A stretch of DNA of 64,000 nucleotides from an uncultured virus (IMG/VR IMGVR_UViG_3300032295_003347). Lineage: Duplodnaviria > Heunggongvirae > Uroviricota > Caudoviricetes. Every line of letters starts with the position of its first letter. The stretch's first letter is position 1. The notes beneath the pieces are model-generated. The model was not told the DNA's origin and did no database searches. It worked only from the letters and a program-made list of their open reading frames with translations. The DNA is taken from IMG/VR virus record IMGVR_UViG_3300032295_003347. One strand, written 5' to 3'. Below, in pieces: positions 19,850 through 29,659 of the stretch. Made by a program: the position numbers and the translations under genes.

Positions 19850-21124
19850 TCACTTGCCCAGGCGCTTCTTCTTGCGCTTGTGACGAGGGGTCGGGGCTTC
19901 CACTACGAGAGTTTTCTCCACGTCATGGGCATCGCCGTAGGAGCCATCCAGCACCTCCTGGAACAGCCCTGCAAACTGAGGTGCGATGTTGTCCCAGTCG
20001 TAGCAGGGGGAGGTGGCACGCTCGTAGCAGAGGCGTGCAGTCTCATCAAGATTCTCACGGTTCTCATATAGATCCGTCAAGATTTCAGCAAGGTGATCAG
20101 CGGATGGGCAGGGCATTTCCCGTGCGTAGTTCGTATCCACATCCACGTGGTCACAACGGATCAGGCGGCCAGCACCCTCAAAGATCTCCTTGGTACTGGT
20201 ATGGTCGGGCACCACCTGAGCAACCCGGCAGCCCGCATGCTCATGGTTGACCAGCCCGTGGCCCTCACCCTTGCAAGTGTTGACGCCTACATCGGCTGCG
20301 TTGTAGATCGCATTCAGGAAATCCACCTCCACATTCGGCGGCCCTTCTGTTTGCGCCGTAAGAATGATGCGTCCATTGGGATCCAGCCCTTCCCGACCCA
20401 TTGCCCTGGCAAACAGTGGCATCAAGTCCCAACCTTGATCTTTGAGTCCCATGTGTAGATACAGTTGCGTATCCGGCTTGTCCTTCGCAAACTTGGCAAA
20501 AGCCTCAACCGTAATGTCGATCCGTTTGCGGAACTGGTTGCGGTTACCGTTGAACACCACAAAGATGTCATCCGACAGGCCAAGCCTCTTACGAGCCTCA
20601 CTCTTATCCATGGGATAGAACTGACCCTTGGTGACGCCGTGAGGAATCACAGCGATGGGCTTCTGGTAACCAGCAGCCACCACTTCTTTTGCGCCAAATT
20701 CCGTATAGCAGATAGATGCATCCCACTCATTCATGGTGTCAAGGATGCACCCAGTCCAGCCGTAGCTGTCCATGGGGTAGTAGCCAACAAACTTGAAGGC
20801 ACCAGTCTTATGGATGTCCTGGATCTGACGATACAACTCATTCAGAATCCACAAATCATTCATGATGAAGATAAGATCCGGCTTCTCTTTCTCCACAATC
20901 TCTCGAATGCGTTGCTCACCAAAGGGTGCGGTCTGGTGGCGAGTGGACGAGGGATAAATCAGGTACTTATCACAGAGTGGATGTGGGTCACCCCACCAGT
21001 TATTACCGAGCACTACAACTTCATAGTCATCACAAAGACGCTCAAGCACATTTTCCGTGACACGAGCAAACCCGGTCTTGGCGATGATGTCACCGGACCA
21101 GAGCAATTTAGGTTTTTTGGTCAT
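19850..21124 (-). CDS. Glycosyltransferase (GT-B, family 4-like)
   Basis: TGFARV, IPHGV, NRNQFRKRID, YNAADVGVNTCKGEGHGLVNHE. Confidence 0.9.
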   Translation of the reverse strand: MTKKPKLLWSGDIIAKTGFARVTENVLERLCDDYEVVVLGNNWWGDPHPLCDKYLIYPSSTRHQTAPFGEQRIREIVEKEKPDLIFIMNDLWILNELYRQIQDIHKTGAFKFVGYYPMDSYGWTGCILDTMNEWDASICYTEFGAKEVVAAGYQKPIAVIPHGVTKGQFYPMDKSEARKRLGLSDDIFVVFNGNRNQFRKRIDITVEAFAKFAKDKPDTQLYLHMGLKDQGWDLMPLFARAMGREGLDPNGRIILTAQTEGPPNVEVDFLNAIYNAADVGVNTCKGEGHGLVNHEHAGCRVAQVVPDHTSTKEIFEGAGRLIRCDHVDVDTNYAREMPCPSADHLAEILTDLYENRENLDETARLCYERATSPCYDWDNIAPQFAGLFQEVLDGSYGDAHDVEKTLVVEAPTPRHKRKKKRLGK

Positions 21125-21147
21125 TTAATAGAGAACGTCTTGCTCAA

Positions 21148-21507
21148 CTATACAGAAACACAAGGAGTTGTTGATCGTACTAATTCTTTTTGTTCGGCTA
21201 TTTCTGCTTTGAGTTTTGTTTTTAAAAACTCAGCTGCTCTATGTGTTTGTGTTGTATCACCACAGGTGTACAAATCAATTGCGGCATACCCAATCTCTGG
21301 CCAGGTATGCACACTTGCGTGGGACTCTGCCAATAATGCAAGCAGTGTCACGCCTTGTGGTTCAAATTTTTCACCAATGATCCGTAGGATATTGGCTTTA
21401 GCCATAACAAGAGAAGCTTCAAGCAATCGCTGAAGCTCCTCGTAGTCATTTAAAACCTCTGGGTCACACCCATAGAGATCTAAAATTAAGTGGCGACCGT
21501 TGCTCAC
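21148..21507 (-). CDS. speD: S-adenosylmethionine decarboxylase proenzyme family
   Basis: GRHLILDLYGC, FEPQGVT, LLAESHASVHTWPE, DLYTCG. Confidence 0.9.
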   Translation of the reverse strand: MSNGRHLILDLYGCDPEVLNDYEELQRLLEASLVMAKANILRIIGEKFEPQGVTLLALLAESHASVHTWPEIGYAAIDLYTCGDTTQTHRAAEFLKTKLKAEIAEQKELVRSTTPCVSV

Positions 21508-24131
21508 ATTTCTTCTGCAGCAACTTCCATTGTCTCATTAGTAGGTGTATCCAGGGTGGATCCGTAGAAATCCCGATATTTTTCACGGTCGGAAGACACT
21601 TCCACAATCGACGGGTAAGCGTCATATTTTTGATTGGACTCCCGTACGGCTGCATTAAATACCCGCATGCCTTTTGTATTCTTGGTGGCATAGACATTCA
21701 GCTTGAGCTGGTGCTTGCAGATGTCAAGAAACAGGGGTTCAAACCGACCGCGTGACATGATGCCAACATTGCAGCTACGGCAGAACTCCGCGTAACTTGC
21801 ATACATCCACTGGTTCCAGTTCATGTATGCACCTGAGCTTCCACCCGGCAGCGGTTTACAAAAACCAACGGGAGCAGATGCACCTGGGTCAAATACGACC
21901 TTGTGATCCAGCCAATCCAACAGTGGGTTGGAACGCAGGCTTTGCTGCTTCTCATACCGCTGGAAGAAATCAACTTTCTTGCCGGTCTCCATTAGGTATG
22001 TCCGCATTTCTTCTGCAGACATATCCAATAGCCAGTTCACCAAACCAGGCAGCATGGGTGCAAACACACCTTGCGGCATACCCTTGGCATCAAACTTGAT
22101 CAGTTCTTTTTGCTCTGCTTGTCCACCTTCAAATGGACGATCAAACGGAACAGTGAGACGCCGACGAGCAAGACCAGAAGTGTAGTCAGTGGACTGAATA
22201 GCTTCATTGGCCGTGATCATGACGACCCCGTGGTACTGGAAGGGATCTTGACTTTCCGTTTGATACTTGCGTTCAGAACGAATCCAGTCATTACCAGTGA
22301 TGGCCTTCAGTTTTGATACCGACCCACCCCAACGGTCTGCATCCTGAAACAGCAACAGTTTTTTACCCATGTAGCTAGCTGCTTCAAACCGGTTTTTTTC
22401 CAGATTCTCAAAGTCTGTTGAGTAGGTATTCTGCTTACCAACTAATGCCACGGCAAGGTTTGCGTAGGTGGATTTACCAGACTTACCTGGGCCCACAATC
22501 TCAATAAACTTCTGGATCTCGTAGCAACCCAGGAGTGTAGCCCGCAACCAAGCACGTAGAACCTGAGCACGTTGCCAGCTACCATGTTGAGTGTGCTTCA
22601 ACCAGATGACAATTTCTTCACAAGTGGCAGATGCGTCATAGTTGTACGGCATCTGTTGGATCATGTGAAGCTCCCTATCAAAAGGAAGTAGTTCACGTGT
22701 ATCAATATTTAGGACACCATTGGTGAACAGCAGATACTCACCACCTTCATACCAATTGTCGAATGCCAACTCAGCTTGCAGCTGAGCAAAGACATCATTC
22801 ATAAGGTTTGTACTGAACCCTTTGGGAAGGAAGTCACCCAACTCTTTGAGCTTGCCCCTTATATCACCAAGCACATCGATCTTGGTCAGCGGTGACCAAA
22901 GGCCTTTCTTTTTGTCCTTCTCGTATAAGAAGAACTGACCATGGGGTTGACTGTACAGCAGATTGCCCCTATACATTTGGAGCAATACATCCGTGACCTT
23001 GTCCGATGAAGGGTTCCGTCCTTTGGAGTCTTCTCCTTCTTTGTCTACCTGTTTTGCCGGCACATGCTTCGTCTTCTTTTCAAAGACAGGAGCTTGTTCC
23101 AATGTGGTTCCCTGACTCATCTCTAGATCCTGTTCTAATTCTTCCAGCAGTTTCGACACATGTTCTAATGTCGCATCATCGACATTCATCGCCCTGTGAT
23201 CCTGGGGCGGCTGCCAACCGTTCTCCTTCGCAATGTGAACAAGAGAACCAATCCCACGACCACCACCACGACTGAAGGACAGCCAGCGACGGTGACATTC
23301 ACCTTCCTTGTACTTCTCCGATTGCTTGGACCAGTTGTCCCATTCATCTAATAGGGATTCGTCCAGCGAGTGAAGCGACTGACCGACCGTGATCCAAATG
23401 TCGTAGTCATCAGTTGCTTCCGGAGGCAGTGCCCACATTGCCTCTCTTGCCAACTTCATGTCCCGATCAAGATCAATCTGAACATTGACTGCAAAACTTG
23501 GACCAACAAGCCGAGTAGTTTCCTTAGCAGGAACCCCCTGCTTTACGTTTTTGTTGACGATGGCATTCAGCAGCCATTCCGGAAACTCAGGCAGTTCCTG
23601 GACCCACTCAAAACCACAGTCCTCACCCGTAAAGTAACCATCGGTTTCAGGGTGCAGACCCATTAGCACACCCTGGTGCCGCTTCCAAAGAATCTCAAGT
23701 TTTTCTTTGTTCTCTTCTCCGTGCCAAGTGTATTTGTTTCTGACGAAATGCTTGTGATTTTCCCGTTTCAAGCGGTAAAGCTTGCGTTCACGCCCGATTT
23801 TGCCACTGAAAACGGTCAGCGTTTGGGGCAATGCTTCATTAAGAGGCAAGCCAGAGAGTTGTTCGATAAGTGGATAGATGCTCGGTCCATCAACATCAAC
23901 CCAGACCAAGCCATAAGGATAGTTGTAGACAGGCCCGCCAAGTAAACCGACAGCTTTGCACTTGCCGGTAAGGATTTCCTCCTCAATTTCCTGTGCACTA
24001 AATGGCTTGTTCTGCCAACCTGATACATATGGATCCTTGTTTGCGCCAAGCGGCGTGAGCGGCCAATCTTTGGGGATGTAGTCAAGACGTACCTCGCCGG
24101 GCTTCAGGATCAATTGTTGTTTGCTTGTCAT
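21504..24131 (-). CDS. Primase-polymerase / PriCT-2 / SF3 (D5-like) helicase
   Basis: N-terminal WVDVDG prim-pol; DYDIWITVGQSLH PriCT-2; FTNGVL; Walker A GPGKSGKS. Confidence 0.9.
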   Translation of the reverse strand: MTSKQQLILKPGEVRLDYIPKDWPLTPLGANKDPYVSGWQNKPFSAQEIEEEILTGKCKAVGLLGGPVYNYPYGLVWVDVDGPSIYPLIEQLSGLPLNEALPQTLTVFSGKIGRERKLYRLKRENHKHFVRNKYTWHGEENKEKLEILWKRHQGVLMGLHPETDGYFTGEDCGFEWVQELPEFPEWLLNAIVNKNVKQGVPAKETTRLVGPSFAVNVQIDLDRDMKLAREAMWALPPEATDDYDIWITVGQSLHSLDESLLDEWDNWSKQSEKYKEGECHRRWLSFSRGGGRGIGSLVHIAKENGWQPPQDHRAMNVDDATLEHVSKLLEELEQDLEMSQGTTLEQAPVFEKKTKHVPAKQVDKEGEDSKGRNPSSDKVTDVLLQMYRGNLLYSQPHGQFFLYEKDKKKGLWSPLTKIDVLGDIRGKLKELGDFLPKGFSTNLMNDVFAQLQAELAFDNWYEGGEYLLFTNGVLNIDTRELLPFDRELHMIQQMPYNYDASATCEEIVIWLKHTQHGSWQRAQVLRAWLRATLLGCYEIQKFIEIVGPGKSGKSTYANLAVALVGKQNTYSTDFENLEKNRFEAASYMGKKLLLFQDADRWGGSVSKLKAITGNDWIRSERKYQTESQDPFQYHGVVMITANEAIQSTDYTSGLARRRLTVPFDRPFEGGQAEQKELIKFDAKGMPQGVFAPMLPGLVNWLLDMSAEEMRTYLMETGKKVDFFQRYEKQQSLRSNPLLDWLDHKVVFDPGASAPVGFCKPLPGGSSGAYMNWNQWMYASYAEFCRSCNVGIMSRGRFEPLFLDICKHQLKLNVYATKNTKGMRVFNAAVRESNQKYDAYPSIVEVSSDREKYRDFYGSTLDTPTNETMEVAAEEM

Positions 24132-24453
24132 GCTTCTGTTTGCTGCTTGATCTCCACTTTAAAGTCCCGCTCAGGGAATGCCGTGTTTTTTACCAACATA
24201 TATGCATGAAAATGCATGTCGGTAGGCAGACAAAAACAATCCCCGTCAGCCGCATTCATCATGAGGCTTTGGAGCGTATTCATCCACTCACCAACGGAAA
24301 TAACATGGATTTCCATCGGGGGGTTGGGTTGTGTGTCTTCTTATCCTAGGGTGCCCAACCCAAATAAACCCTTAGCCCTTTATAAAAAAATGAGACGCAT
24401 TAGTCCAAGGTTAAAATATAACCGTTTAAAATATGTACATATGAAGTATTGTA

Positions 24454-24996
24454 ATGGCCGGATTAAATCTTGAGGCATATTACCGTTCACGTCCTGATGT
24501 TGCAAAGTACATCAGAGATGCACGGCAAGAAGGCGTAGACACTGGAACCGAGTACGAGAAGGCCTATGGCACTTCTACCAAAGGTTGGGAAGAAGGCTGG
24601 AGAAATGAAGCAAATAAAAAGTATGGTAGAAATGAAAGTGATATTGGCAAGTACTCAGAAGACGAATTGGCAAGGCTCCACTATTCAAAGTGGGGAGAGA
24701 AAGAAGGTACAACAGGCAGCGAAGCCTACAAAAATGCGCTTGCTGGTTTAAGTGATTACGAACGGCGCACTGGCGCACTTCGTGGAGATGAAAACATTGA
24801 CGAAAATACACGTAAGCAGTTAGTAAAAGAAAATTTTGAAAAAGAATACACTCCTTCTAGTTTTGATATGGGTGAGTTTGAATCTCTTTTAGGCAAGCTA
24901 GAGGGTTCCAAAATGAAACAACAGAGGCAAAAGTCTGTTGAAGGAAGGCGTGACATTATGTCCGGGGGTCTTGCTAGTATGATGAGTAATTTTTAA
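24454..24996 (+). CDS. Hypothetical protein
   Basis: YYRSRPDVA ... LHYSKWGEKEG motif resembles parts of the 1945-5334 protein. Confidence 0.65.
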   Translation: MAGLNLEAYYRSRPDVAKYIRDARQEGVDTGTEYEKAYGTSTKGWEEGWRNEANKKYGRNESDIGKYSEDELARLHYSKWGEKEGTTGSEAYKNALAGLSDYERRTGALRGDENIDENTRKQLVKENFEKEYTPSSFDMGEFESLLGKLEGSKMKQQRQKSVEGRRDIMSGGLASMMSNF

Positions 24997-25188
24997 TTAA
25001 CTCTTAAGGTTGTCCGTGGCCTTATACGAAAAATTCCACGGGTTTTTTTCATCGACCTCATCCCATTCGTCCATGAGTCTGTTGTAAACATCTACAGGAT
25101 CCTGCCTAGTCTTAATGCAAGACGAAGTTGCGACAGACCAGGCAATTCTCTTGCGTCTTTCTATAGGATCATCAGTATTCCAGGGCAT
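24997..25188 (-). CDS. Hypothetical protein
   Basis: ORF directly after exonuclease. Confidence 0.55.
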   Translation of the reverse strand: MPWNTDDPIERRKRIAWSVATSSCIKTRQDPVDVYNRLMDEWDEVDEKNPWNFSYKATDNLKS

Positions 25189-25191
25189 GGC

Positions 25192-26046
25192 TCAAATCAA
25201 GTCTGGATCATAAACATTGCAGCGTTCGATCTGGCTGTAGTACTCTTCCACTACTTTCAGCCAGTCACCCCTCAAAGAATCCAAAAACTTCCTGGAGATC
25301 TTGAAGACTTGAGTGCGGACAGGCGTGGACACCAAGATGGCTGCCTGCTGGACCCGCATCCCAAGAGTCTGCTCAATACCAAGATCGTACGCAGCAAGTT
25401 GCTTGCACGTCTTTTTAAATTTCATGTGCCCACCCAAGATGTCGCGCCACTCCATCGACCCTTTCTCCAGGTCCTTGGGCCACTTGCGACTGTAAGGTTT
25501 GACACTAGTCTTAAGGTCGGCAAGCGTCAGTTTGTTCCCTACAACACCAATGATGTCAGGCGAACCAACCCATGCCCTGCCCTCATCGTCATGTGCCCAC
25601 ACCCTACCGATACCATCGTCTGATAGTGTGAATTGATGTTTGTCAAGCAGAGGGGTTTCAGCCCACAGCACTTCGTCAAATTGATCGAGGATCCCTGGCA
25701 TACCCGACCAAAAATCCTGGTAGTCAGGCGGGATCTCAGGGTTCTTGTCCCCTTTCAGGTAGCACTCCATGCCATAGTGGATAGCTGTACCGCGCTCGGC
25801 AGCTGCTTCTTTTACGCCTGGATTGTTCTTACTCCACATCTCCAGCTTCCGTTTGTTTGCTTCGGATGCTGTCTCTGAAATAATTGTTGTGACCGATGGC
25901 GCCGGCCCTGTTACAAACGGTGTATGGTAGTGTCGCTTTCCGTTAATTGTAATACGGGCGGGGCGGCTGTTCAGCTCCCGCATCAACTCTGGTTGCTCTT
26001 GATATTTCAGCGACCATGGATCGCTTGACTCAATTCTAGCAACCAT
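25192..26046 (-). CDS. PD-(D/E)XK exonuclease
   Basis: PSVTTII, RGTAIH, E, G.PD, ADLKTS, QLAAY. Confidence 0.85.
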   Translation of the reverse strand: MVARIESSDPWSLKYQEQPELMRELNSRPARITINGKRHYHTPFVTGPAPSVTTIISETASEANKRKLEMWSKNNPGVKEAAAERGTAIHYGMECYLKGDKNPEIPPDYQDFWSGMPGILDQFDEVLWAETPLLDKHQFTLSDDGIGRVWAHDDEGRAWVGSPDIIGVVGNKLTLADLKTSVKPYSRKWPKDLEKGSMEWRDILGGHMKFKKTCKQLAAYDLGIEQTLGMRVQQAAILVSTPVRTQVFKISRKFLDSLRGDWLKVVEEYYSQIERCNVYDPDLI

Positions 26047-26098
26047 TGAAGGTTTTGTATATTGCTGTTATCCTAACGTATATGCCTAGCAACTGACG

Positions 26099-26203
26099 AT
26101 GGAAAATCAAAGACGGACAATCATGTGGCTGATTGCAGCTATTGTTCTTGTCGTAGGGCTTGACGCCTACCTGTTTGCGGCCGAAGTTTTTAGAAACCAA
26201 TGA
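26099..26203 (+). CDS. Small membrane peptide
   Basis: MENQRRTIMWLIAAIVLVVGLDAYLFAAEVFRNQ; ATGA overlap with hli. Confidence 0.5.
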   Translation: MENQRRTIMWLIAAIVLVVGLDAYLFAAEVFRNQ

Positions 26204-26439
26204 ACAAAGCAGTGCTCTGGATCCAAGGTTGGTACAACTGCCTGTCCTGGATCATCCAAGAAATTATCAGCCGCTACTGCCCAGACCTCAACATTGCAAC
26301 TTTGCCAACCCATCCTGAGGATTACCTCTGGTATGCCGAGCGTTTCAATGGTCGCGCCGCTATGCTTGCCGTGATCTTCATCCTGCAATGGGAGTTTGTG
26401 ACCCACAAATCCATCTGGGAGTTTGTAGGTGTCTATTAA
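26200..26439 (+). CDS. hli: High-light-inducible protein
   Basis: AERFNGRAAML chlorophyll-binding motif plus TM helix. Confidence 0.85.
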   Translation: MNKAVLWIQGWYNCLSWIIQEIISRYCPDLNIATLPTHPEDYLWYAERFNGRAAMLAVIFILQWEFVTHKSIWEFVGVY

Positions 26440-26586
26440 CCTCACCAGGTTTTATTACGACATCGATGACGAGCAGCGCACCGGCCTACTGAATCAATGC
26501 GTAGTTGACGACGTTGAGACAATTGAAGCCGATGCGTTTGAATTGGAGTTACAATCCAAGGATATTGAATACATCCGAGTCGACCT

Positions 26587-27183
26587 GTGACCCAAGCAAC
26601 GGACTGGACCACGTATTTTTCCACGGTCAAACCTAGGCTTGGTGATCGGGCTGACGGCTTCCAAAAAATTTTCCAACACCTAAATGGGGTCAAAAACCCC
26701 ATTATTATTGAGACGGGCACATACCGAGAGGTAGACAACTACACAGGCGATGGCTGCTCTACCCTCCTCTTTGACGAATACGTTAGTGCCCATGGTGGCC
26801 AGCTGATTTCTGTTGATATTGACCCGGACGCTTGTGAGCTAGCAAGTTCAAGTACAAGCAGCAACACCGAAGTTATTGAGTCGGACTCGGTTGAGTTCCT
26901 TGGAACCCTGGAGGGGCGCTGTGATCTGTTGTACCTAGACTCGTACAACATCACCGACTGGAACAATGATTGGGAGCCGGCTTCTCACCACCTCAAAGAG
27001 TTGTTTGCCGCCAAGAACATCATCAACCCTGGCACCTTACTAATTGTTGATGACAATAGAAAATCTCTGCAAGGCAAGCGGCTGGGCAAAGGACGCTTGA
27101 TTTATGAACTCATGGAATCTCTTGGCATCCCTTGTTTTATTGATGCTTATCAAGTCGGCTGGATCTGGGAAGAATTACAGTAA
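26587..27183 (+). CDS. Class I SAM-dependent methyltransferase
   Basis: IIIETGT, SVDID, DSVEFL, DLLYLDS, IVDDN. Confidence 0.8.
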   Translation: MTQATDWTTYFSTVKPRLGDRADGFQKIFQHLNGVKNPIIIETGTYREVDNYTGDGCSTLLFDEYVSAHGGQLISVDIDPDACELASSSTSSNTEVIESDSVEFLGTLEGRCDLLYLDSYNITDWNNDWEPASHHLKELFAAKNIINPGTLLIVDDNRKSLQGKRLGKGRLIYELMESLGIPCFIDAYQVGWIWEELQ

Positions 27184-27308
27184 TCCCTACTATTTTTTTA
27201 ACTTATCCACTAGATATGTTAAGAAAAACGTGACATACTTAACGTATCATTTATGTGGATAGAATGCCACAAGTAATTCTTTTACCACGAAACCCCAAAG
27301 GTTCTGAA

Positions 27309-27515
27309 ATGACTCTTTCCAACCAGGTCAAACAAGCCCTTGATAATGCTACGGCAAGTCTGCGGGAAGCCCTTGCGTTTGCAGCCCGCACCGAGCATCC
27401 TGTAACAATCAGCACACTGACTGACACCCTGGTACGCCTAGAGTCAATCGAGTCGATCGAGGAAATCATGCACAAATTTGGTAAAGAGCACGACATCCCC
27501 ACCAACTTTGGCTAA
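27309..27515 (+). CDS. Hypothetical protein
   Basis: Helical ORF MTLSNQVKQAL... Confidence 0.6.
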   Translation: MTLSNQVKQALDNATASLREALAFAARTEHPVTISTLTDTLVRLESIESIEEIMHKFGKEHDIPTNFG

Positions 27516-27661
27516 GTATCACATTCCAACGGAGGCTGAACGCCTCCAAAATTATTTTTGGGAACTCGAATCAAAGATCCCAAACCCTGGTAAGGACTGG
27601 GCACGGTCTGCCAAAGAATGTAAGTGGCTTAAAATATTAAAAGAAAGAGAACTAAAGTCGA

Positions 27662-27946
27662 GTGGCGCAGGACGATAGCAAGTATTCCAAACCGGAATTA
27701 CGTGAGCGCATTAAAGATCGTGTGATGGCTGGCTCTAAGGGTGGCAAGCCAGGCCAATGGTCAGCACGTAAAGCTCAACTTGTAGCACAAGAGTATAAGT
27801 CGGAAGGTGGCGGATATAAAGGCGGTAAAGGTGAGAAGCAAAAGTCCCTGGAGAAATGGGGCGAAGAGAAGTGGCAAACCAAAGACGAGTACGAGAAACG
27901 TTCTAAAGCTAAAGCTGCGGCGAAGAGGTATAAAGATGGCGAGTGA
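27662..27946 (+). CDS. Conserved basic phage protein
   Basis: Y.KPELRERIK...GSKGGKPGQWSARKAQL....YK..GGGY. Confidence 0.75.
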   Translation: MAQDDSKYSKPELRERIKDRVMAGSKGGKPGQWSARKAQLVAQEYKSEGGGYKGGKGEKQKSLEKWGEEKWQTKDEYEKRSKAKAAAKRYKDGE

Positions 27947-28145
27947 CAAAGCAATTCAACCTGGCTACACCAAGCGTTACTTGCCGGAAAAAGCATGGGC
28001 CTCTTTATCCAAAGAAGAAAGAGAAGAGACTGATCGCAAGAAACGCGCTGGCAGTAAAGAAGGTAAACAGTTTGTACCTAACACAGAGACAGCAAAGAAG
28101 GCGGGCAAAGCAGCCCGTGCATCCAAACGTTACAAAGACAAATAA
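27936..28145 (+). CDS. Basic phage protein
   Basis: RYLPEKAWASLS.EE...T.RKK..G...GKQFV.NT. Confidence 0.65.
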   Translation: MASDKAIQPGYTKRYLPEKAWASLSKEEREETDRKKRAGSKEGKQFVPNTETAKKAGKAARASKRYKDK

Positions 28146-28178
28146 CTCACTTATACTTAATAAAGATTCCTGATTATC

Positions 28179-28349
28179 ATGGAAAAGAAAAAGGCTATTC
28201 CCCCCAAGAAAGCTGTGCCTCCTGCTAAAGGCAAAGCTGCTCCCCCTGTCAAAGGCAAAGGTGGTGCATCTGCTAAGCAAACTGAAGCGCGTGACAAGTT
28301 CAAAGAAATGATTGCGAAGAAGAAAGAGGCTGCTGCCAAAAAGAAATAA
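28179..28349 (+). CDS. Lys/Ala/Pro-rich basic peptide
   Basis: Read manually: MEKKKAIPPKKAVPPAKGKAAPPVKGKGG...KKK. Confidence 0.6.
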   Translation: MEKKKAIPPKKAVPPAKGKAAPPVKGKGGASAKQTEARDKFKEMIAKKKEAAAKKK

Positions 28350-28465
28350 GGTATCGCGCTATACTTTCATTGCTCAATACACACGTCTCGTCCCGTAGGT
28401 ATTGGCGGTAAGTAGTTAGTCCTAGTCCTGGTCTGAGCAACCAGGATTTTTTGTGTATAATAAAA

Positions 28466-28588
28466 TTGATAGAGGTCAGGTCCCTGGCTAGATACGCCTG
28501 GTTAACTCACAGCCCGATTGTCGGTACGCTAGTCACACCTGATCCATCAACACCCCCTATGCCTCTCAACGATGCACAAACCTGGGGG
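28466..28588 (+). ncRNA. Putative structured non-coding RNA(s)
   Basis: Follows TGTATAAT; helices TTGAT..GGTCAGGT/ACCTGATCCATCAA, TGGCTAG/CTAGTCA, CCCCC/GGGGG; no ORF. Confidence 0.5.
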
Positions 28589-28592
28589 TCAC

Positions 28593-28664
28593 TCAACCGG
28601 TAGTCCAGTGGCAGGACACCCCGACAAGGGAGTTGAATAGCTGGTTCGATTCCAGCACGGTTGA
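28593..28664 (+). ncRNA. tRNA-like RNA with degenerate anticodon arm
   Basis: TCAACCG/CGGTTGA acceptor, GTCC-AGTGGCA-GGAC D arm, GCTGG-TTCGATT-CCAGC T arm; no canonical anticodon stem. Confidence 0.7.
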
Positions 28665-28671
28665 TTTAATT

Positions 28672-29520
28672 TTAACTATAGGTCCGAGGATCAATAGGCG
28701 TTTTAATTTTTTGCAATCTTGACAATCCTTGCTTGGCAACATCTAAAGCCATTTCAGGATCTTTATTTAAAAGGTCTGTGGTAGTTGCAAAAAATATACC
28801 TGCTTCTTCTTTTAGTCCTGCTGCTTCTAGTCCATTTTTAACATGCATAGATAAAACAGCCGCTTTTTGTTGTGGGTTTGTAATTTGCTCCGACAAACCA
28901 AAGTCAATTTGCATTGGTCGGTTTGTCATTTTATTTACAAAAATATTTTGAGCATGTCTATCAGTCAAGCTAACGTTATTTAAAGCTAGTTGCGCTAATT
29001 GTTTATGTGTATCTAGTGTGATTTTTTGAACTTGTTTGTTAGTTAGTTGTGGATTTGTTTCAATATATGCACCAGGAGCAGGGCCTCCAGTAAAGTCCGG
29101 CTCTATATAATGAGCGAATTGGTCTCCCGTATTTACTCCTAGTGGAATATAGTTTGTTCTTAAATCTTCCATTACTATTTCACCACGCATAGAAGGGTTT
29201 GCTCCTGGCTCTAAAGGAACAACAGTGTTTCCTATCCTAGGCAAATCCAAAGAAGCACTTTGAATTTTAGGTGCAATACCCAACTCTGCTGCTTTTGTTT
29301 GCATATTAATTTCATTTAGTAAACTTTGTTTTTTTTCTAAAGTAATTTCTTTGGTTACAAAGCCAGGTGAGGTTTCATATACCTGACCAAATTGACCACC
29401 ACCAATCCTTTGTTGCGCTCTCCTAGCTGCTTCCGCAGCCATTGCACGAACTTCTTCCGGACCAACCCCTTGACGAACTGGTGTGTTTTTGTTTAATATA
29501 TTCTTTATTAGTTTTAACAT
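28672..29520 (-). CDS. Protein kinase-like protein
   Basis: IGGGQFGQVY, VTK, E helix, IVMEDL, DRHAQN, IDFG; AT-rich. Confidence 0.8.
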   Translation of the reverse strand: MLKLIKNILNKNTPVRQGVGPEEVRAMAAEAARRAQQRIGGGQFGQVYETSPGFVTKEITLEKKQSLLNEINMQTKAAELGIAPKIQSASLDLPRIGNTVVPLEPGANPSMRGEIVMEDLRTNYIPLGVNTGDQFAHYIEPDFTGGPAPGAYIETNPQLTNKQVQKITLDTHKQLAQLALNNVSLTDRHAQNIFVNKMTNRPMQIDFGLSEQITNPQQKAAVLSMHVKNGLEAAGLKEEAGIFFATTTDLLNKDPEMALDVAKQGLSRLQKIKTPIDPRTYS

Positions 29521-29551
29521 TTTATTGTTACGTTTATTACTAGTATACTTT

Positions 29552-29630
29552 GCCCCCCTGGTCCGAGACAATTGGATAGTACGGTTACTGCCGCTGCAGA
29601 ACGATGTAGGTTCGACTCCTACCCAGGTGC
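29552..29630 (+). ncRNA. tRNA-like RNA with degenerate D and anticodon arms
   Basis: CCTGG/CCAGG acceptor, GTAGG-TTCGACT-CCTAC T arm; follows TATACT. Confidence 0.55.
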
Positions 29631-29659
29631 TTTATACTAAGTAGATCTTGGCAAGTTAG

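Noticed and set aside
20465..21433. 322-aa plus-strand ORF
   Set aside because: Antisense shadow of the glycosyltransferase and speD genes
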